Of a stretch of DNA of 64,000 nucleotides, positions 1 to 9,700 are shown piece after piece; position 1 is the stretch's first letter, and each line of letters opens with the position of its first letter. The stretch lies in NCBI GenBank assembly GCA_950097015.1, contig CATNEN010000011.1, positions 2,790,001 through 2,854,000 on the forward strand. The letters are read 5' to 3'. Below the pieces are notes generated by a model. It was given only the letters and a program-made list of their open reading frames with translations. It was not told the DNA's origin and did not search any database. Origin of the DNA: Macrostomum hystrix. Taxonomy: Eukaryota > Animalia > Platyhelminthes. Position numbers and translations under genes: made by a program.

Positions 1-904
1 CATCCCAACACTTCCTGTTGCAGCAGAGTCATCCGTCTCCTGTGAAGGGTAACACCTTGCTGTGCTGCCGCGGCGCGGTCTCCCATCTGCTGCTGAATGT
101 CAGGCTGCGCGAGGTGCTGCTTCACTGCTGCTTTCAGACAACTGCCAGCGGCCTCAGCTGCATTCAGGAAAGGCGATTACGGTGGAAGATGTCGTACTTG
201 ATGGTCATCTCGCAATCCTGGGACATTCGCATGCGCTCGGGCATTATCGCAAAGGAGAACAAATGCGCTGTCCACCAGTTGGTCTATTTCCATCAGCATT
301 CCCTGAAACTGTGCATTTGTGAATCCACCTTCGGCAAGCTGGTAATGGACCAGCCCAAGGTCTGGCGAAATGGCGAGGCACAAGGTCAAATTCTGCCCCC
401 TCTGGCCAGCAACAATGTGCACGGCGGGCTCGCCCATCCTTGCCCAGCCTTGCGTTCTGGCGGTCCATACATTGAAGCCAAACTCATCCAGAAAGATGCA
501 GTGCTGTCCGTTGCCTTCGTTTAGCATCCAACTGGCATGCTGGAAGCGAGCTTCTTTGGTGATGTTCGAATTCCAATCGTCCGTGACAGTACGATGCTTT
601 TTTAACGTAATTAGCTGCTTGTCCAGTGCACGACTGATAAGTTCAGGCCAATGGTCTCCAATGCAAGCCACCGCACTGAAAGACCACCGCGCATAATTTG
701 CAGAGTGCAGGTGGGATTTTGTTCAACTATTGTTATCAGGTGCTCCGTCATTTCCTCATTCAGATGTTTCTTTCGATTGCCACCCTTGGCCAGACTATGA
801 TCTCTTCCGTCTCTTTCAAATACCTCAATGATGGACCTGGTGATTCTTGGTTTAATCTGCAATTGTCTCGCCAGGAGCCTCCAGTCTTCACCTCGGACAT
901 ACGA
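1..904 (-). pseudogene. Tc1/IS630-mariner-type DDE transposase pseudogene, main part (continues off the left edge of the window)
   Basis: Minus strand reads YVRGEDWRLLARQLQIK...KGGNRKK...NPTCTLQ (HTH region), then after a frameshift ISRALDKQLITLKK...IFLDEFGF...LCDNARAH...LPP*SPFLNAAE. The DDE triad is recognisable; the Tyr of LPPYSPxLNPIE is mutated to TAA at 177-179. Confidence 0.9.
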
Positions 905-1932
905 TGAAGAGTTTTGCGTGTTGATCAGACACACGAAACTCCCACTTCTAGACAATGGGGAACAATTGCCTAGGAATTTATAACAGTCACGTGACACTTA
1001 CTGCAATTGCTTCTTCTTCCTTAAGTAGTTCGTAGTCTTCTGGGTCCTTGAAATCCGGTAGTTCTTCTTCTTCTGGTCGACCGTGAGGTTTCGAGTCTGT
1101 GTTTCTTGAGTCTTGGTAGTCTTGTCTTCTTTTGTCTTCCTGGCAGCTGCTTGAGTTTGTCTGTTGGCCAATAAATGACGAGAGCGAATCAGATTACTTT
1201 TCGGTTTCCTCGAGCTCGGAATTCACAATAGAAACGTGCGCCCTAGTGAACAATTGAAATCTTTCTTGTATATCTCTAGTAGGTCCTCCTGAAGGGCGTC
1301 TTCTTCGTTACCTCCGAAAGATAACGGATAACTCAAATCAAATCAATCAATAATCCTCTAGGAATGTATCCTAGGAAACAAGGAGGCCTTTCTCAAATGT
1401 ATCGACGATATGTGGCTCTCGTAAACTTAGTTCAATTCAACAACTATTGCTAGCAATAAATTACTCTGTCTAGTAAAGCGCTTACCACTTGTCTTTCCCT
1501 CAGAGATGAGTCCTCTTCTTCGTAAGGTGTTTTGAAGTCCGGTGGACCGCTCCGAGTCTGAATTTTTAGCTCGGATTTTCGCTTGTATTTATAGCAAAAC
1601 CTTGGGGAAAAACCGGTTCTACTACCGGGTGTTTACTTAGGTCACACATATTTGTTTAGTGAGTCATGATTGTGAGTTTTTACCATATTTGGAATACAGT
1701 GCAAACACAGACGCAGAACCCGATGAGTCATAATTGTTTGCTTTACCATATTTGGAATTCAAGCAAACACAGCTGTCAAGAACCGGTTCTCCGGTTTCAT
1801 GTCACATGACTGTTTCTAAAAATAGCGTATGACTCATTCCTAAAAATAGATTAAATGTTGTAGCTAAGAGTTCCTTATGGCATTACTTTAAGTAGCGCGT
1901 TAAGCAAAAAGCACATTTTACAACTCTCTACA
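905..1932 (-). repeat. 3' LTR (1028 bp)
   Basis: On the element strand it starts TGTAGAGAG and ends CTCTTCA. No differences from 11995-13022 were seen on visual comparison. Confidence 0.96.
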
Positions 1933-1947
1933 ATATCTCCCTTTTTT
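1933..1947 (-). other. Polypurine tract (PPT)
   Basis: AAAAAAGGGAGATAT on the minus strand directly precedes the TG of the 3' LTR. Confidence 0.85.
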
Positions 1948-2354
1948 ACGAAAAATTCGTCCCGAATTTATTGTTGAGAGGAAAAGAAAATAGCATAACA
2001 ATAATAAGATAACATCACGTATTGACAGTATCAGGACTAGGTGAAATGGATTTAGGTGCGTATGGGTAGACATTAAAACACAAATGGATTATATCAGTGG
2101 TGTAAGTAGTTGGTTAAATGTTCGTGAAAAGAAATTGACAATTTGAGAAGCGATGTGTAACCATTTTGGCATTGAAAATCCGTCACCATTGTATAACAAA
2201 GAGTATCTTGACATTTAGCGTATAGTGGGTTGTCAATAACATAAAATTTTGGATTGTATTGGTTAACATGAGGGAGTGATAAACATGGGAAGGTATATGC
2301 AATAATCAATGGTCTGTTTGTTTTACTAGTTGATGCAATCAAAAATTTTTTTAC

Positions 2355-2978
2355 TTATTCAAGGCTGAATTGATGCCGGATATATTCATGTATTTGTGCT
2401 TGAGTTTTGACCGTTAGTATGGCTATTGGCCAAAATAGTTTATATAGTTGCAGGTAGGCCGGATCTTCCGTATGCTCGAGGATATAGAGGTAGGCCTCTG
2501 TATCCGTGACAATTTCGGCTCGGCGTGTCAGATGCTCGCCTAGTTGAAGTAAATATTGCCGATGTTGTTGGCATCGTAGTGGTGTCGGCCACGTCTTTAT
2601 TGTCTCTCGTAATTCCTGAGGCTCCATGTCATGCACATTCATGAGCAGTAGGTCCACTGCTACCGGTGTTAATTGTACCGTAGCTAAGGGTTCCGCTCGC
2701 ATCCGTAGGAAACAATCGGGGCATTTGTCGATATTTCGACTGCCGAGTGCCTCTAGGCAGGTAAAGCAGCTCCAGTGACGGTTGTCACAAATTTGTATTT
2801 GCGGTTGATTACCGCAAATGAGACAGTGGACCCTGTCTCGACAGCAGATTGGGCAGGTGCGTATTGGGTTGCCAGTTTGCTTTGCGGCTGTCTCGCATTG
2901 TTGGCATGTCCCATGTCCGACTTCGCATATGGGCATTAGAGTGGTCTGCTCGTCTAAGCAAATAGGGCAGTCTGGCAT
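2355..2978 (-). CDS. Retroelement accessory protein 2: two tandem RING-HC (C3HC4, C-x3-H type) fingers + helical C-terminus, 207 aa
   Basis: CPIC-x10-CEVGH-GT-CQQC-x13-CPIC followed by CLIC-x8-CDNRH-WS-CFTC-x11-CPDC. ATG start; lies inside the element between pol and the PPT. Confidence 0.85.
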   Translation of the reverse strand: MPDCPICLDEQTTLMPICEVGHGTCQQCETAAKQTGNPIRTCPICCRDRVHCLICGNQPQIQICDNRHWSCFTCLEALGSRNIDKCPDCFLRMRAEPLATVQLTPVAVDLLLMNVHDMEPQELRETIKTWPTPLRCQQHRQYLLQLGEHLTRRAEIVTDTEAYLYILEHTEDPAYLQLYKLFWPIAILTVKTQAQIHEYIRHQFSLE

Positions 2979-2999
2979 TGTTGTCTGTGGGTGGTTTGT

Positions 3000-3650
3000 T
3001 TAATGGACTTCTTGATCGGAGTTGACATATTCATATGATTCGTGTGGTGGCAGTAGATACGATAAGTCTTCATTTCTTAAAATTAGTGTGGGTAAAATTG
3101 TACAGAAAATGGGACAGGGATGAAGATTCATGTCATCGACAAGATTAAACAGTTTTTGTGCAATATCATGTATGGACAATTGTCGAAGCTCAGGGCCGTA
3201 TTGCAATGAGTATCGTACAATGTTTTTACGTGTTTTGTGAGCAATTCGTGGTATAGGCCATGCTTTTAGAAGTTGAATTATCTTATTAGAGGAAAAAAGA
3301 GTATAGGTTAATGGATGAAGTTGGCAACCATAATTTGGTTTAATACGCGCAAATTTGTTATAGATTACTAATAGTGGGGTATTATTGCAAACAGGACATT
3401 GGAAAATGGCTCGATAGGCAAACTTCTTTATACATTGCGGACACATAAAATGTTGGTTTTGACAGTATTGTACAGTTCGCCATGAGTTACATATCATACA
3501 TTGGCGGAGATTTCCACGGCACAAGGGACAGTTTTTTAATGGTTTTTTGTAGTGTGCGAGGCTTAAGCAAGAACCGCAAACATGGTGTTTATTGACACAT
3601 ATACATGGTAGTTTACATGAGAATTCTTCAAGACAGACAGGACAGTCCAT
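3000..3650 (-). CDS. Retroelement accessory protein 1: two tandem RING-HC fingers + C-terminal domain, 216 aa from ATG at 3650
   Basis: CPVC...CVNKH-HV-CGSC...CPLC and CMIC-x8-CQNQH-FM-CPQC-x11-CPVC. The ATG is in a strong Kozak context (ACCATGG); the ORF-track start at 3755 is a GTG. Confidence 0.85.
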   Translation of the reverse strand: MDCPVCLEEFSCKLPCICVNKHHVCGSCLSLAHYKKPLKNCPLCRGNLRQCMICNSWRTVQYCQNQHFMCPQCIKKFAYRAIFQCPVCNNTPLLVIYNKFARIKPNYGCQLHPLTYTLFSSNKIIQLLKAWPIPRIAHKTRKNIVRYSLQYGPELRQLSIHDIAQKLFNLVDDMNLHPCPIFCTILPTLILRNEDLSYLLPPHESYEYVNSDQEVH

Positions 3651-3781
3651 GGTAGTGTTCGCGAAAATTGTGTGGGCGTTTGCAGAGAACAGAGGTTTTA
3701 GTCGCCTTTTACGACAAGCTTGAGAAGCTGTAGTGCTATTCTTAATCCCGGTCACTACACGGGTAACAATAAACGAGTAAT

Positions 3782-6700
3782 TTAACGCGGGCGTAAGTTA
3801 TACGTATGAGTATTTGGTGGTGTGTTTGTGGTTTGTGTCTCGGCATGTGCTGTTGCAATGTGCTTGTTTGTTGTTTTTGTGTGGTCTGGATTCTGTAACG
3901 TTGGAAGGAATGTAGTGTCGTTAGTGATGCGTTTTAAACGTTGAATGTGAACGTAGAACTGAGGTTGATGTGGATCCTGGATATTTGCAAGGCGTGCTGT
4001 TGTCGCGGATATCAGTCCTGTTACACGGAAAGGTCCTTTGTATTTGAAAGCATGCTTGTGCGTATGCTGTGCCGGGTAGTGTAGGTAGACGATATCTCCT
4101 ACTTGTAAGGTAGAAGCATGATTACTTGTTGTAGGTACGGTAGATTGGTTGTCGAGATTATGTTTTGCAATTTGCCATGCTAGGTGTAATTGAGAAGTGA
4201 ACTTTTGTAGCGTCGTCGGCGTGTCAACATATTGAGATGGCAGTAATTTCTGAACTAATAGATTCGGTGGTTGAAAGTCTCGAGAGAACATCAGAAAGAA
4301 TGGTGTGTTCTCTGTTGAGCGATGAACTGCGCTATTGTAGGCCATTGTCACGGATTGTATGTAAATAATCCAATCTTCAGGTTGTTTGTAAACAAAGTGT
4401 GTCAGCATTTCATGTAGATTTCTGTGAAATCTTTCGACGAGGTTTGCTTTTGGATTATATGTCGAAGTGAATATTTGTTGAATATTCAGTAGTTTGGCGG
4501 CCTGTTGAAATAATTGCGATGTGAACTGTGTACCATTGTCAGATGTTAGCGTCTTAGGAGTTCCGAATTTGCAGATAATTTCATTATAGAAGGCCATTGC
4601 AACTGTTGTCGCTGTGATGTCAGGTATCGGAATGGCAACGGCGAATTTCGAAAAAACATCCAAGGCTGTAAGAATGTAGTTGTAGTCGATAGAGTGTTGT
4701 CGAGCCGGTGGTAGTGGTCCGGTAATGTCAATTGACACTGTGTCCCATGTAGTTGTCTTCGGCACTGATTGGAATTCAGGTTTTTGTCGTCTTCCGATTT
4801 TTGTTGAAGCACATGAGTGACATTGTGTGCAGTACTTGCGAATGTCTAAATTTATTGTTGGCCAAAAATAGAACTGGGCGACTCTCTGGATTGTTTTCTT
4901 GGCGGATAAGTGTCCTGCTAATGGACTATCATGGAGTTCGTGTAGGATCGCTGAACGGAATGTGTATGGTAGGTACAGTCGCGGAATATTGTTGTACACC
5001 CAGTAGAGTGCGAGTTCTCTGAAAACTAGACTATTTTTGTGTTTTCGTAAGAATTGTTTTTCGATTTTTGTAAGTTCATTTTCCGTTTCTTCTGTATCTT
5101 CTTGTATGGCTTTGTAAAAGGAATCGTCTTGTTGTGCTTTCAACAAGTCTTTTATGGTTGGAATTGGATGAACTGCATTGATCTCGTATGTTCTGGACAG
5201 TGCATCAGCGGCTTTATTCATTGGCCCTGGTTTGTAAACCAGGTGAAAGTTGTAGTCCTGTATTTTGAGGACCATTCGGATGAGTCTATTGTTCGTCTGT
5301 CCTTTTGTTTTAACAACGTGAGTCAGCGGTGCATGATCTGTGCGAATGATAGTTGGCAGTGGTGATCCATAGATGTAGTAATGGAATTGTCGAAGAGCAA
5401 ACAGAACAGCTAGTAGTTCTCGTTCAGTGGCTGACCATTTTGTTTCGTTTGGTCTTAGCGCTCTGCTGATGTAAGCAATCGGTTTTTCTTTCTTTGGTTC
5501 CATTTCCTGAAGTAGTACGGCTCCTAATCCGCTTCCTGATGCGTCTGTTTCTATGATAAAAGGTTTGTGGAAGTTCGGGTGTTTGAGAAGAGCATCACTA
5601 GTTAGTTGTTGTTTGATTCTATCGAAACTTTCCTGTTGTTCCGCTTTCCAGTTGTCTTCTTTCCACTTTGGAATTTTTAGTAGTTCGTACAATGGTTTAG
5701 CCGTTTGTGCAAAGTTAGGTAGGAATTTTCGGAAATATTGTGCTAGTCCAAGGAATGACTGCAGTTTGGTAATTGACGTAGGTTTCGGGAACTTCTTGAC
5801 CTTGTCGACGTTATTTGGGTCAGGTGATATGCCTCGTGACGAGACGTGATGTCCAAGATATCGGACCGAATCTCTGCAGAATTTACATTTTGTTGGTTGC
5901 AGTTTTAGACCTTGTTGTCGGAGTAAGAAGAGAGCTTGTTCCATGACTTTTACTAGTTGTTCAAAGTTATTTCCAAAGGCAAGAATATCATCAACATAGT
6001 GAAGCAGATTTGTACATCCGGCTAGCATATAGGCTGTAAGACGGCTCATTGTTGCTGGTGAGTTGGAGATTCCCATTGGACTTCTTTGATACGCGAAAAC
6101 TTCTCCTTTGTAAGTTTTGAAGGCAGTGTATTGTTTTGATTCTTCTTCAAGTTCGATTTGCCAGAATCCATGTCGTAGGTCAAATACGGTGAAGAGTGTC
6201 GCCGTATTGAGTCGTGCTAGCAGTTCTGAGATTTTTGGTAGACTTTGTTGATCGGTGGGAATGTACTTATTTAGGACTCGGAAATCACAGACGAGTCGTC
6301 TTTCGTTTGTTTCTTTCTTTTCGACAAGAAGGCAAGGTGAAGAATAAGCTGAGACGGTACGTTTTATGATTCCTGCTTTAAGCATTTTTTCTATGATTTC
6401 ATCGAAGTGTTGCTGTAGGTGTTTAGCGACTGGATATGGTTTACATTGGATTGGTTCTTGATGAGGTAGCAGTTCAATTTTTTGCTTGATATCTCGAGCA
6501 CATCCGATGTCGTAATCGTGATGACAGAAGACGTCGTTATACTTCCACAATAGATCTTTAACTTGTGTTTTTTGTCCTTCAGTGATTGGACTTTGAGAAA
6601 GATCAATTTGTTGTAGGAATTTTTGTTTAGACATTTTTGTTGTTGTGTCTGGTTGGATGAGCATTACCGAAGCTTGTGTGTTGAGATGTCCCATGCATGT

Positions 6701-9700
6701 TCCTGCATAAATTTTTACTGGATGTTGATTTGGATTTATAATTTGTACTGGGATGTTTCTTTCCTTTGTGATAAGGACTAGAGCCGTTGGTATTAAAACT
6801 TCTTTTGTTGTGAGGATCTTCTTTCTTGGTTCAAATATCATAGCTTCTTCGACATCGTCATGATTGGCGAGATATGCTTTAACCCAACATGTACTTTCCG
6901 GCTGTATGAAGACATCTTGTTTAATATGTACTTTTGGTTGAAGGTGAACTTGGCTGACTAAAGGATGTTCCACATTGTCCAGTTTGAATGTTTGTTTGTT
7001 AAAATCAAATGTTAATGGTAGATTCATTTGCCGAAATGTGTCGATTCCAATAATAACATCTTGGCTTGGAAGATGGTCAATAACAAATGCTTGTACCAGA
7101 AGTTGCTTGTTTGCAAGTTTAAGTGATATATTCACTTGTCCTAGGATATTAAGTGCATGTCCTCCGGCTCCAGCGACAGCGATTGAAGAAGGTCGCATAT
7201 GAAGTTGCAATTTGTCGTAGAGTCTTTTTGTGATGACTGTGATTGAACTTCCTGAGTCGAGAAGTGCTTTACTGGGCATGTTGTTTATAAATACTTGAGC
7301 CATCGCTCTACCCATATTGGCTTGCAAGGTGCAAATGTAATTTGCTGGCCATTTTGGATCCGTTGGTAGAGGAGGAGATTTCGGCGGTGGTCTCGCTGTT
7401 CTGATTTCAATTTTTGGGTAAATATTTGATGCTTCTGGTTCTGGTGCTGTTGGCAATAATTGTTTTCTTTGATCTTGTAGTAGAGTTTCTTCAATTTTTT
7501 CGTTGAGTGTAGTAGTTTCTTGTTGTTTGTCAATTTGGAAAATCCGTTGTTTTGCTGGATAGGCTCGTGCTACACATCGTACTACTGTGATAAAGATCAT
7601 TAGTGCAAGGTGAATCCATACAATGCATGCACTGGAGAAGATGAATCCCTGATAGTAACTTCCTTTTCCTTGGAGTAAATCGAGAAAGCTATTCGACCAA
7701 AAGGATCCTATTGCGTTATGTATGATGAATCCTGTCGAAAAGGATTGTTCTTTGTCCTGTTGGTTGTGTTGGGTAAAGAGCTTTTTCATCATCTGTCGTT
7801 GGGCGATAAAAACTTGAAGAAAATCATTAATTGTCCATCCTGGTGTGATTTCGTCAAGTTTGATGTCACCAAATGGTTTATAGGTGGTCTTATTTATCTT
7901 GAGCTGTAGGTCCGATAGTTCGTATGTTTCGTCGATAATAGCTTGCATACCAGTGATGTTTGTAATGTGCCCAGTTGTTGAGACCTTGTGTAGTTTATTA
8001 TTAATGTTGAAATAGTTGACTGCGTCAGTGCAGGGTCTCGGGATTGCAGTTCCAACAATTATATTGTGCACAGTATCTAGAAATCCTTGAATTCGTTTCC
8101 CATTGTAGTAAGCTTCGATTCTGGGTTTATCGTAGCACGTAGTTGATGTGTTTGATGGCAAGATATTAAAATGATGCAGTGGCACACATTTGTAAATCAA
8201 CAGATGGCCAGAGATGGGGATAGCTAAAGCATCTTGAATCCCTGTGATTTTTCTGAATGTAGACGTTGGATTGACATAATAGTTTTGTCGTGCATAGTTA
8301 AGTGCAGTTTCGTGCATTCTACAAGTCAGTTGGATCAGTGATTTGTGCAAGTAGTTTAGTTCTTTATGTAGGTTATGTTCCATTGCTGCGAGTTTTGCCG
8401 CTAGTAGTCGTGCAGAAACCATTGATGGTCTTTGTAGTTCTCTCTTTTTCCGAGCTGTGTTGGTTCTTGTTGAATAAGTACCATTGACCAGTCTCATAAA
8501 GGTATCCTCATCCATATCACGTAATTCGAGCGGTATCTCTTGTTCAGACACTAGAAGTTTTTTAGAGTTCTCCTTGCAGTTAATTTGGAGATACTTGGCT
8601 TTTTTTGGAAAAGTTAGGGCAAAATCCGACGTACTCGCAAGGAAGGTATTTGACAGTAGACTTCCTTTTATTGTATGGTACTTCTGGAATTTACAATCAA
8701 TATTCGGTTCAACTTTCCATGCAACGAAGTACTGTCGTTGGTATTCTGTAATCTCATAGTATGGGCTGTGTCGATGTTCAATTTGCCATTTGTAATTTTG
8801 ATGATATGTTGGAGCCAGCGGTACTTGCCATACTGCTTCGTTCCAGAGTTTTGCTGTTTCGCAGAACCCTGTGTTGTACTTGCAATCTTCCATTGATAAT
8901 TGTAGAGATTCCATGTTTTCAAATGGATTGTGGTAAAACAAGACTTTCCGGATCAAGTAACTGTTTGTCGTGGTGTAACGTGGCCATATGTATTCGTTCC
9001 AATGGACATATCTACCGCTCGCACTGTTCTTGGTCCTGAAGAGTTGAGAGTTTCCAATTTTTTCATCGGCATGAAGTTCTCCATCTTTAGAAAATAATGT
9101 TTGGTTCCACTGGAGGCATTCTTCTTGTGTGACAGGCAGTGCTGTTTGCCAGAATCGGATGCGATTCCATTGGATGTACCAAACCTTTTCGAGTTCATGT
9201 TTATCTCGGAAACAGATAATACCATATTGTCTATGTTTCTTTGTGTTTGCTTTGTAGACATCGATCGTTAATGGAATAGGTTTTGTTTGATTAGTTTTAA
9301 AGTAACTGCACTTGATTTCCGTTGGTATTTTGTAGATGACTGGTTGGATGTTGGCATCAGTAGGACATATCATGGGCACTGAAGATGGTACAACTGTCGG
9401 GAGAAGTAACATCACGATGGCTGAAAACAACCATCTTATCAGTATGTGCCGTTTCTTTTTCTTCACTTTGGTTGGTGTTGTCGGTTTATTGGTGTTTATT
9501 GAGTATCGTTGGTCTTCTGTCTCTCCAATTGGTGGAGTAAGGCGCATAGAAAAGTGCCATGGGTTGTTGCATCCTGATGGTCTGGTTTGTTGGTTATACC
9601 AGGTTGGTTGTTTCATATTGAATGTTAATGGTGTATTGAGAGTTTGCAGTACGGTACTTGTAGTATCCGTTCTCATGTCGATCCACGTTGTTGGTTCATC

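Noticed and set aside
611-997. 128-aa ORF (and its twin at 11905-12087) as a gene
   Set aside because: Chimeric: starts in LTR sequence and reads into the interrupted transposase (or the PBS/leader); an artefact of the insertion.
2094-2342. Third accessory ORF of the LTR element
   Set aside because: TTG start, 82 aa, no recognisable motif; treated as 3' UTR, though a vestigial ORF cannot be excluded.
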